Positions 41,361 through 49,846 of a stretch of DNA of 64,000 bases are shown piece after piece. Under the pieces are notes generated by a model. That model ran no database searches. It was given only the letters and a program-made list of their open reading frames with translations, and was not told where the DNA came from. How positions within the stretch are numbered: position 1 is the first letter of the stretch; each line of letters starts with the position of its first letter. Made by a program: the position numbers and the translations under genes. The stretch covers positions 512,001 through 576,000 of the forward strand of contig CAVWHX010000003.1 of the NCBI GenBank assembly GCA_963754925.1, written 5' to 3'. This DNA comes from an uncultured delta proteobacterium (GTDB taxonomy: Bacteria; Myxococcota; B64-G9).

Positions 41361-41990
41361 CTATTTTAGGTAATAGCTTTTTTGCTCTTGTACCGTTGAG
41401 GTGGGATTTCGCCCATAGTGATGGCCGGGCCAGATGACGGTATCGTCGGGAAGCGTAAGAATCTTATTGACGATAGAGTGCATGATCTTTTTCATCGACC
41501 CGTCGCCGAGATCGGTTCTACCCATGCCTTCGGTAAAAAGGGTATCCCCGGTAAAAAGATGCCCGGGCGTATACAGGCATATACTTCCTTCGGAATGACC
41601 CGGCGTGTGAATCACGTTGAGCTTAACGGCGCCGAATTCGATGATATCGCCGTCCTTCAAGGTCTGCCCGGGCCGCGGTGACGAACTTCCGCCCATCACG
41701 GTCTTGCTGAAGATCTTGGTGGCCAGGCCGCCTAATTTCTTTACGTCAAGCTCGTGAATGAGAATGGGTGCGCCGGTTTTTTCGGCCACGTATTTGTTTC
41801 CCGAGGTATGGTCAAAATGGCCGTGGGTGTTGATGATATATTTTATCTTAACGCCGTGCTTTTCCACGCTATGGAAGATCTTCTCAAAGTCTCCCGCCGG
41901 ATCAATCAGAACGCCTTCTTTGGTCTTTTCGTCCGCCACCAGATAGCAGAAAACCGCCATACCGGTTACTAATATCTGTTCGATGATCAC
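41361..41990 (-). CDS. MBL-fold metallohydrolase (glyoxalase II-like)
   Basis: THGHFDH, TPGHS, FTGD, WPGH; GAGGAGG RBS before GTG. Confidence 0.9.
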   Translation of the reverse strand: MIIEQILVTGMAVFCYLVADEKTKEGVLIDPAGDFEKIFHSVEKHGVKIKYIINTHGHFDHTSGNKYVAEKTGAPILIHELDVKKLGGLATKIFSKTVMGGSSSPRPGQTLKDGDIIEFGAVKLNVIHTPGHSEGSICLYTPGHLFTGDTLFTEGMGRTDLGDGSMKKIMHSIVNKILTLPDDTVIWPGHHYGRNPTSTVQEQKSYYLK

Positions 41991-42032
41991 GAATTGATTC
42001 CTCCTCAACCGCTTCTGGCGGTCACCCGACCG

Positions 42033-43229
42033 TTACCGCACCGAGGCGGGATAGAGCCACAAGCGCCGACGATTGTTCTCATACTCTTTGAGATATGGCA
42101 ACCACTGCTTCGCAAGATCCCTGAGGTCCGCGCCCGTCTCCAACGCTTCCCGCGCTTGTGGGCTGCCGGTGAGCAGATCCAAGGCCGGTCGGTCGGCGAC
42201 GAATTCGTAGGGTTCGACGCGCCAGGCAAAACGTTCGGGCGCCTGACGCCGGGCCGCCTGCAGAACGAATAAACCGCTCAACAAGGACTGGTATGCATTG
42301 CGATCGACAATATGTAGTTGAACCCCGCCGCAGGCTTGGCCCTGATACTTATGAAACGTCGGAACAAAGGTTATGGGTCGAAAACGCACCCCGGGCAACC
42401 CAGCGCCTTCGAGATCGGCTGACAACGTCAGAGGCGCGAGCCACGGTGCGCCGAGCAATTCAAAAGGCCGCGTGGTGCCGCGTCCTTCCGACAGATTCGT
42501 CGCTTCGATCAAGCAGCTGCCCGGATACACCACTGCGGTATCGAGGGTCGGCATATTAGGCGATGGCAGCACCCACGGCAGCCCCGTCTCGTCAAACCAC
42601 ATCTCCCGCCGCCACCCTTCCATCGCTACTACGGTCAGATCGGTATCCAAACCCTCAGATTTCGCAACCAGCGCAAGCTCACCGATGGTCAGTCCATGCC
42701 GGACCGGAACGGCGAATGCCCCAACAAAAGAACGAAATCCATCGTCAAGCGGCGGGCCTTCACAGGTCAGGCCATTGAGCGGATTTGGTCGGTCGAGCAC
42801 CATTACCTGGATATTTGTTCCGGCACAGGCTTCCAAACAGGCCCGCATGGTCGCTGCAAATGTGTAATAGCGGCTGCCAATATCTTGGAGATCGATCAGG
42901 AGGACATCCAGATCCGCGAGCACGGCCGTGCTAGGGCGCAGGCTGTCCGGGGTATCCCCGTAGAGACTGATTACCGGCAGGTTGGTGCGTCGATCGGTGT
43001 GCCCTGCCACCGCCTCCATATCCTGAGCATCGCCACGCACGCCGTGTTCGGGCCCCATCACTACCCGTACATCCAGGTCGCGCTCAAGCAAGAGATCGAC
43101 CAAGTGCGTGAGGTCGCAAGCGACAGACGCCGGGTGCGACACTACTCCCAATCTTCGACCACGCAGCGATGACATGCCGCGCTCGCGGAGAATATCTAAA
43201 CCAGTTTTGACTGCTGGGATAACCATCAT
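42033..43229 (-). CDS. namZ: Exo-beta-N-acetylmuramidase NamZ (DUF1343)
   Basis: GPEHG, SLYG, DLQDIGSRYYT, LDRPNP, WVLPSPNMP, SEGRGTTRPFE. Confidence 0.9.
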   Translation of the reverse strand: MMVIPAVKTGLDILRERGMSSLRGRRLGVVSHPASVACDLTHLVDLLLERDLDVRVVMGPEHGVRGDAQDMEAVAGHTDRRTNLPVISLYGDTPDSLRPSTAVLADLDVLLIDLQDIGSRYYTFAATMRACLEACAGTNIQVMVLDRPNPLNGLTCEGPPLDDGFRSFVGAFAVPVRHGLTIGELALVAKSEGLDTDLTVVAMEGWRREMWFDETGLPWVLPSPNMPTLDTAVVYPGSCLIEATNLSEGRGTTRPFELLGAPWLAPLTLSADLEGAGLPGVRFRPITFVPTFHKYQGQACGGVQLHIVDRNAYQSLLSGLFVLQAARRQAPERFAWRVEPYEFVADRPALDLLTGSPQAREALETGADLRDLAKQWLPYLKEYENNRRRLWLYPASVR

Positions 43230-43307
43230 CGTGTCAGTAAATAAAAAATATTTAGCCCCATCTCGCTTCGTTCTGCAACATTCTCTTCTAAGTTAGCAGC
43301 AAGCACC

Positions 43308-43411
43308 GGGTGACACCGAGCAGGGGCCCCCCCGCCGGCGCGGAGTCATTGCATGCATCTTTTGCAATGATGAGCACCGCCGGGGGATGCGAGGGGGCAG
43401 GCCCCGACGCC
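43308..43411. repeat. Dispersed structured repeat (family B, copy 2; lacks the nested element)
   Basis: Colinear with 7642-7807; junction reads GAGCACCGCCGGG|GGATGCGAGG. Confidence 0.8.
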
Positions 43412-43438
43412 CAGATTTGAGATACTTTACCCAACACT

Positions 43439-44932
43439 CTAGTCCCGCTTGGCCGGTTTGAGGCTCAGCGAGAAATTATACGTGGCGCCCATACCCTTGG
43501 GGAACTGGGAGCGTTTCAGGTTCCAGAAGGCCGACGTGCCGAGCACCACATCAGCAAGGGTGTCCTTGGCGACAAAAACGTCTTCCACCTCGCCAAGGTT
43601 ATTGACTTTGACTTTCAATACCAACTCGCCCTGGAGACCGGGGCGTTCTTTGAGGCGCATCTTGAAAAGTCTGTCGACCTGTTCCTGATTTTTGGCAAAA
43701 ACCTGTTGGGGGGTATTCCCCCGTATCGGGTCGGCCACGATGAAAAAGCGTTCGAAAAGCCGATTGCGCGCAGCCCGGACCTGGTCGAGCTCGGGGTGGA
43801 GTACGATTAAACGCTCGTAGAATTCGAGCGCCCGTGAAGGATCGTCTCCTCGCTCGTAGATTTCCGCGAGGCCGGCGAGGGCTTCGGTATCGTCCGGAAG
43901 GCTGGCATGCAGTTGCTGGAACGACGGCAGGGCTTTCTCAATCTCGCCGGCCTGGAGGTATGCCCCGGCCAGAAAACGATGCGCCTCGATGTCGTCTTTT
44001 TCTAGCTCAATCACGTGCTCACACGCGGATACCCTGAGGTCGCGCCTCCCCTCGCTCGCCGCTACCGTAGCCAGCGCGCGCCAGCACGCAACGTTCATCG
44101 GTTCAAGGGAACAAGCGATTTGGTAAGCGTCCGCCGCTTCGTCGAGACGTTTGTTCTCGACCAGGAGCGCAGCGTACGCATGACAGACCTCAAAGGTTCT
44201 CTCAGGCAGGGCGGCGGCCATACGATACTCTTCCAAACCAGAGGCCGGATCACCGGTCCGTATTAACAGTTCGGCAAGCTCCGCGTGCGCTGCAAACAAT
44301 GCGGGGGCATAGTGGATGAGAGTGCGGTAGCTCACGAGAGCGTCGGAGAGATTGCCGAGGTCCCGCTGGGCGCGGGCCAACTCCAGCAGGTATGCGACAG
44401 ACGTCGGCTCGTGCGTTACTGCTGCCGCGAGCAAGGGAAGGGCTTTGGCGGGCTCGTTCTTATGTAAGTAGAGGCACCCAAATCGGTAGGCGCCGATCGC
44501 GATAGTGGGCCTGAGCTCCATCGCAATGCGGAAATCCTTCTCTGCCTGGTCAAACACCTTCCAACCATCTAAAATAGTGCCCATACCCAGGTAGGCCCAA
44601 TAAAATTTGTTGTCCAGTTTGGTGACGGTGGTCACTTCATTCAAGGCCAAGCTACGATCCGCTAATGCGTACGCCCATAAGAAGCGCTTGAAGGGATTTT
44701 TGGGATCGAGTTGACACGTCCGCTCGTAACGTTCCGCGAGTGGTCGCAGCCGGTCGGTGCCAAGGGCAGCCTCGATCTCCTGAATAGCGAGCACCATTCC
44801 CTCATCAGAGTAGCGATTGACCGTCGAGGTGCCGTCGCTGGCGAGGATATGTTCATCCGCCACCGTCGCTGGCGTCACGCATGCTGGCAGGATCGTCCAC
44901 GCGGTCACGAGCATCAACCGTCTCACGTTCAT
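43439..44932 (-). CDS. TPR-repeat lipoprotein with C-terminal TonB-C/AgmX-like domain
   Basis: Lipobox-like LPAC; many TPR-like helical repeats; C-terminal LKERPGLQGELVLKVKVNNLGEV...FP. Start uncertain. Confidence 0.7.
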   Translation of the reverse strand: MNVRRLMLVTAWTILPACVTPATVADEHILASDGTSTVNRYSDEGMVLAIQEIEAALGTDRLRPLAERYERTCQLDPKNPFKRFLWAYALADRSLALNEVTTVTKLDNKFYWAYLGMGTILDGWKVFDQAEKDFRIAMELRPTIAIGAYRFGCLYLHKNEPAKALPLLAAAVTHEPTSVAYLLELARAQRDLGNLSDALVSYRTLIHYAPALFAAHAELAELLIRTGDPASGLEEYRMAAALPERTFEVCHAYAALLVENKRLDEAADAYQIACSLEPMNVACWRALATVAASEGRRDLRVSACEHVIELEKDDIEAHRFLAGAYLQAGEIEKALPSFQQLHASLPDDTEALAGLAEIYERGDDPSRALEFYERLIVLHPELDQVRAARNRLFERFFIVADPIRGNTPQQVFAKNQEQVDRLFKMRLKERPGLQGELVLKVKVNNLGEVEDVFVAKDTLADVVLGTSAFWNLKRSQFPKGMGATYNFSLSLKPAKRD

Positions 44933-44984
44933 GTCCCGACCTTTCATCAGCATGGTAGTGGTGTTCCTCCCACCTGTCGAATAA

Positions 44985-46388
44985 TTAGGATTTCGTCGCA
45001 TCTCGAATAAAGCGCGGCCGCAGTTTGACCTGGTTTGCGGTGACCGTCACTTCAAACCTTACCGCCTGGCAATCATGTTTGGCCTTGAGGGCTTCTTCCT
45101 GCTTGAGCAGCTTGGCATGAAATCGTCCAAAATCGAGTCGTTTGGTCTCCTCGCCGATCTTCTGTTTGGCGCGCACAAACTCGGTGAACAGATCGCGAAT
45201 GTAGATGGTCTGTTCGTCTTGAGGTTCCCCATCTTCCGCAATATGTTCATCAGGGCCCGACGGGGGTGGCGATTGAAAATCAACCTGTTCGCCTTTCGCT
45301 TCGGAGCGTATCCGGTTGAGAATCTCGGCCAGCGAACGAATCGCCGACGGTCCAAATACCTTAAAGGTGTGCTCGGCATCACCACCGACGATCGTGAGAG
45401 CATCGTGCTCGAGCTGCTTCACCCCTCGCGCCGACCGCCCGCCAAACAAAGCGACCGCGATAATCAACACCATAAGCACCAACGCAGCACTGCCAAACAA
45501 CCACAGTCCAAACGTTCCAAACGCCTGACCAGCCTCTAGAATCTCCCGGAACGCCACTAACGCTACCTGGCCCCTGCCCCCGTCCGCCGTCACCGCCAAT
45601 CCCAGGGTTTGCAGCGTTCGTGATCCGCTTTCCAGGGTCCATGGCTCGACATACGTGCCGGAAAGGAGATGCTCGACCATGTCCGGGTGCCCCCGGATAA
45701 ACGTTCGTAGAGCTTCCTGCATAGTCGGATCTAACGTGCCGGCGAAAATCCCGTGCTTTCCCAGATAGACAAAGTAAAATCCCAGTCCCAATTCACCGCT
45801 TCGCGTCATGGCCACTATCTCGTCGAACGGGTAGGTTGCCAACACGATACCCATGACCGTATCCCCGTCGAGAAGGGGAACCGCAATTACTCGCAAGAGA
45901 ATGTTCGACGAGACCGCTAACGTCGCCTGCGGGATGCCGATCTGGGCCTTCCGCACCAGTTCTAATACCCGCGGATCATCGGTGGGCGGTTTGCCGGTCC
46001 AGCGGAAGTCATCCGCGCGCACCAAGCCCATCCCGCTGCGGTCGAGAATGAAAAAGTCCTGCAGTGACGCCGTCAAACGGGCCGCAGTCGCCATGCCCAT
46101 CGCTTCGATGCGCAGGCGGCCAAGCCAGTTTTCCCGTCCTGCATCGGACGGTTTTTCTTGAAGAATGGTGCGCAGGCTCGGTCGTTGAGCGAGCTCAACT
46201 ATGGCGCGGGTGAGGCGCGCTTCGTCGGCGATGTCCATCTCTTGAAGTAAACGGCCGGAGAGCGACATGCCGGTCATCTGTTCCCGCAGTTGAACATCGG
46301 CCAGCCGCGGGAATATGACGTAGTAGGTGCCCAGCGCGATACTGGCGATTGCAATCAACAAGATGAAAACGATCGCGGGCCTCGACAT
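44985..46388 (-). CDS. Membrane protein: periplasmic Cache-like domain, HAMP-like linker, MXAN_5187-type C-terminal domain
   Basis: Two TM segments; C-terminal LFTEFVRAKQKIGE...FHAKL...CQAVRFEV...VKLRP. Confidence 0.7.
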   Translation of the reverse strand: MSRPAIVFILLIAIASIALGTYYVIFPRLADVQLREQMTGMSLSGRLLQEMDIADEARLTRAIVELAQRPSLRTILQEKPSDAGRENWLGRLRIEAMGMATAARLTASLQDFFILDRSGMGLVRADDFRWTGKPPTDDPRVLELVRKAQIGIPQATLAVSSNILLRVIAVPLLDGDTVMGIVLATYPFDEIVAMTRSGELGLGFYFVYLGKHGIFAGTLDPTMQEALRTFIRGHPDMVEHLLSGTYVEPWTLESGSRTLQTLGLAVTADGGRGQVALVAFREILEAGQAFGTFGLWLFGSAALVLMVLIIAVALFGGRSARGVKQLEHDALTIVGGDAEHTFKVFGPSAIRSLAEILNRIRSEAKGEQVDFQSPPPSGPDEHIAEDGEPQDEQTIYIRDLFTEFVRAKQKIGEETKRLDFGRFHAKLLKQEEALKAKHDCQAVRFEVTVTANQVKLRPRFIRDATKS

Positions 46389-46435
46389 GCGTCCTCCTCA
46401 CCGCTGTTTCGCATCCCTAGTATACCCCTAAACCG

Positions 46436-48520
46436 CTACGGATCGTAGCTGATAATCTGGCGTTCGAATGGTTCATACGATGAGAGCGTAGCGTCAATAA
46501 CTTTGTTGTCGGCCCCCCGGATCGGGAGGATCGTCGGCGTTACATAGGCGACCAACCGTCTCAGTCCAACCGTTTTCGCTCGCTCTGCCACGTTGTCAAA
46601 ACTGGCCCAGGTCGGCGGATCTGAAAACTCTGCCAAAAATTTTAGCGCCGATCGGCGTTTGCCGCTTGCGAGAATACGCTGGATACGAACAAGGAGTTTA
46701 CCCACGGCGGTGTGGAATGCCTCGGGATTCTTGATTATGGGGTAGAGCTTCTTATTCTGCTCTTCCACCTTAACCACTTGAGCTTTTTCAACTAAATACC
46801 GAAGCAGCATCCGTGATGCCAGAGCGCTTGGCGCGCGCAATTCGGTATGGTTACTGGCTTCGGCCTGAAACAGCTGGGCAACAACCATATTATAACTCGC
46901 GAAGCCTGCCTCGCGGCTGGATATCAATCCCGCTTCAAGCAAGGTTTCGTCCGGCAGCAACCACAAAGCCACCAATTCAGCTTTGAGCGCATCGAGCGGC
47001 TCAATAAGATTTCGAAAACGCATCAGTACGGTTGGTTCCACCCAACCCATGTTTGGACCGAGAACATCCCTCAGAACCACACGCCAAAAAAAGAGATCCG
47101 GCGCTTGTGCCGTAGTCTTTGCCTGGGCAGCGGGTTCTACAAACTCTCGTATCAACGGCTGAATGACGGCGCGCCGATAGGCCTCGATCACATTGGTGGC
47201 AACGAGTACCTTATACCCGTTCGCCACTCCGTATTCGTCGCGCGGCCAAACTCGCAACGAGAACTCGGTCAGCGGCCACTGACGCCCGGCAGCGGTCAAC
47301 ACCGCGACCGCGACGGCGACAGGCTTAATCTTTTCGGTGCGCACAAACTCCGCCCCCCAGGGCATGCGCTCTTCCAGTGCCTGAGCATGGCTCAAAAGCG
47401 CCGCCAGTTTCGCCGTCGCTTCCCGATCCTCATAACCGAGCAAGCCACTGAAGATTCCCTTCACTTTTCGCGGATCCAAACGTACATCGAGAAACCCGAG
47501 GATAAACTCTATGGGGAGTGGAAGTTCCGACCAGCCGCGCAGAGCTTCGTCAAAAGTGGTCCCATCGCCCGTGCGGAAATGCTCTACCAACAGCGACAGG
47601 ATCTTTCGTTCATGGCTGGGCGCGATCGTGATGGCGCTCTGCAACCGGCTATTCACCCGCTTAAGCTCTTTTGCGTATCGGCCCGGCGGTATCTTGCGGC
47701 GGTTGTCACCCGTTCGATAGACTTCCTCTACCAAGGTATCATCAACGCGGATCAACCGTGAGTTGCTCGGATAACGTTCCTTGAAACCGGCGAGTGCGCG
47801 CAAGGTCACCCCTTCATACAGATTGGTATTTGAGGCAAGCAACAGTTCGTTGTTCTGCGCCGAAACAATCCCCCCTTGCATCGGTTCATAGGCCGGATCG
47901 AACATTATTTTACGCAGACGTGAGAGTTTCGCTTCCAGCGGTTCTCCCACCGCAAGCCCGATATCTGCTCCGGCGGCATACGCTGCCTTGGCCGCCTGCT
48001 CGAACTGCTCGACCGTAAAAGGCGGTAAGAACTTTTTGAACGTGATACGATCATAGAATCCACCATGAATCGTCAACAGTTGGAGGTAGGTAAGAACATG
48101 AGCTTCAACGATAGGCTTAATCTCGATGTGTTGGCGCAGAATGGTTTCAACCAGCCGGCGCACCTCAAGACCCTCACGGTGGACTTGATCAAAGGTTATA
48201 TCCTGGCCCAAAAGGATTGCCCGCGATAGATAGTAAGCTAGTAACCTCTTGCTCGCTGGCAACCCCTCAAAGGCATCCGCAAAAATTCTCAACAATTTTA
48301 CATCACCCACCGTGCCGGCTTGAAAATCGGCATCGCTGTGCTCAACCACGCGGGGAGTTTCCTCGCGCTTTTCGGGAACGTTGTTGATTTCAATTTCCCC
48401 TCCTTGAAGGGGGAGCGATGCTTTCGGCGGCTGTGTCGCTTCTTGTTCATCAGCTACGTTCTGGCACCCTACAACGAGGCTCAACAAAACGCCAATCACC
48501 ATTCCCGGTAAACCTTGCAT
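46436..48520 (-). CDS. Dipeptidyl-peptidase III (M49)-like lipoprotein, probably catalytically inactive
   Basis: Lipobox VVGC; LAYYLSRA..GQDITFDQ, NLYEGVT, NSRL...EEVYR resemble bacterial DPP III; HExxGH position reads RDVLGP. Confidence 0.7.
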   Translation of the reverse strand: MQGLPGMVIGVLLSLVVGCQNVADEQEATQPPKASLPLQGGEIEINNVPEKREETPRVVEHSDADFQAGTVGDVKLLRIFADAFEGLPASKRLLAYYLSRAILLGQDITFDQVHREGLEVRRLVETILRQHIEIKPIVEAHVLTYLQLLTIHGGFYDRITFKKFLPPFTVEQFEQAAKAAYAAGADIGLAVGEPLEAKLSRLRKIMFDPAYEPMQGGIVSAQNNELLLASNTNLYEGVTLRALAGFKERYPSNSRLIRVDDTLVEEVYRTGDNRRKIPPGRYAKELKRVNSRLQSAITIAPSHERKILSLLVEHFRTGDGTTFDEALRGWSELPLPIEFILGFLDVRLDPRKVKGIFSGLLGYEDREATAKLAALLSHAQALEERMPWGAEFVRTEKIKPVAVAVAVLTAAGRQWPLTEFSLRVWPRDEYGVANGYKVLVATNVIEAYRRAVIQPLIREFVEPAAQAKTTAQAPDLFFWRVVLRDVLGPNMGWVEPTVLMRFRNLIEPLDALKAELVALWLLPDETLLEAGLISSREAGFASYNMVVAQLFQAEASNHTELRAPSALASRMLLRYLVEKAQVVKVEEQNKKLYPIIKNPEAFHTAVGKLLVRIQRILASGKRRSALKFLAEFSDPPTWASFDNVAERAKTVGLRRLVAYVTPTILPIRGADNKVIDATLSSYEPFERQIISYDP

Positions 48521-48715
48521 TGACCCCTCGTACGGTTAACCCATTACCCTATCACGGATTCAGTCTTAACCTAATTATCCAGTTTCGTCTAAATCAAAAG
48601 ACGAGAAAATGACCGCAACCGACCTATCGGAACCGGGCCCCTATTCTTGACTTTTTTGTAAGAATATTCTAGGGTAACGTACGATGATATCTCTATCTTT
48701 CGTCGAGGTTTTTCC

Positions 48716-49759
48716 ATGCGTCCTCTTGTTTATGTGCTGGTGTTAGTCTTTTCTGGGCAAGTCATCGCCGGACCGATTACTGGTACGATCGCTTCAAGAC
48801 AACAGCCGGTCTCTACCAGCATTCGCGACGGCCATTTTTGGCAATTACAAACACCTTTGTCGCCTGTGGAGGAGTCCCCAACGATAGTACTATTGGAGGG
48901 AGACGCTGCCGGGCAAAGCGAAATTATCCCACAGACGTTCACCATTGAAGGATACGGCTTTGAGCCGAAGTTCGCGATCGTCACGGCCGGGTCAACGATT
49001 AAGCTAAAGAATCTCGACGAGCATATGTATTCATGTTGGGCAACGGGAGCCAATGAATTTCAGTTCAACGACGTCGCTGCAGGAGCCACCGTCGAACAGA
49101 AGCTTTCATCGCCTGGAGCCATGGAGATACACTGTCTGCGGTACCCGTTTATGCGGCTCAATCTCCTGGTGATAGGCAAAGCGGTATTCACCACCGCCGA
49201 TGCCAGAGGAAACTTTGCCTTCAAGCATGTCCCGGCTGGCGATTACCAGGCTACGATTTATTCGAATGGATCGTTTTGCTGCGGCACGGCGGTTAAGGTT
49301 CAGGCGCAGCCAATGCAACTATCGCTGAGTCCCCAGACCAAGCCGCAACCGATTGCGCCGACGACACCCCAGTCCGCCGCACCTACCCAGCCGCCGGTGA
49401 ACCAGGCTCGTGTTGAACCGATGAAACCAGCCCCACTAAATCCCGTCCCTTCACAAGTTGAACAGCGCAAACCTGAACCAGGCAAATTGGGTCCAGGCAA
49501 ATCCGAAGTTGGCACGCCGGAGGCCAAACCAGCTCCGCCAAAACCGGAACCGGTAAAAACCGCGCCGGTAAAACAGGCTACTGCCGTCGGCACACAACCA
49601 GCCAAAGCGGTGGAACCTGCCACGCCGGCGTTGGCTCCGGCTCCGAAAGACAAAAGCCCCGTGAAGGTCATCCCCGAGAAGAAACCCAAGAAGGCGGGCG
49701 GTGAGGCCGGCGACTCGTTGTTCAAGAATGTTGAACCGGAGATCGAAGTCGAGGAATAG
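48716..49759 (+). CDS. Secreted protein: cupredoxin-like + carboxypeptidase-regulatory-like domains, Pro/Lys-rich tail
   Basis: Signal peptide; FEPKF..V..GSTI...NLD, CLRYPFM, TADARGNFAFKHVPAGDY. Confidence 0.65.
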   Translation: MRPLVYVLVLVFSGQVIAGPITGTIASRQQPVSTSIRDGHFWQLQTPLSPVEESPTIVLLEGDAAGQSEIIPQTFTIEGYGFEPKFAIVTAGSTIKLKNLDEHMYSCWATGANEFQFNDVAAGATVEQKLSSPGAMEIHCLRYPFMRLNLLVIGKAVFTTADARGNFAFKHVPAGDYQATIYSNGSFCCGTAVKVQAQPMQLSLSPQTKPQPIAPTTPQSAAPTQPPVNQARVEPMKPAPLNPVPSQVEQRKPEPGKLGPGKSEVGTPEAKPAPPKPEPVKTAPVKQATAVGTQPAKAVEPATPALAPAPKDKSPVKVIPEKKPKKAGGEAGDSLFKNVEPEIEVEE

Positions 49760-49846
49760 TAATTTTTTGATGCATGGAGGGGATGAAGATAACAAAATCA
49801 TCGGTTGAGGGATCTCGGGGTATGATGAGCAGAAAGGGGTTGTTAT

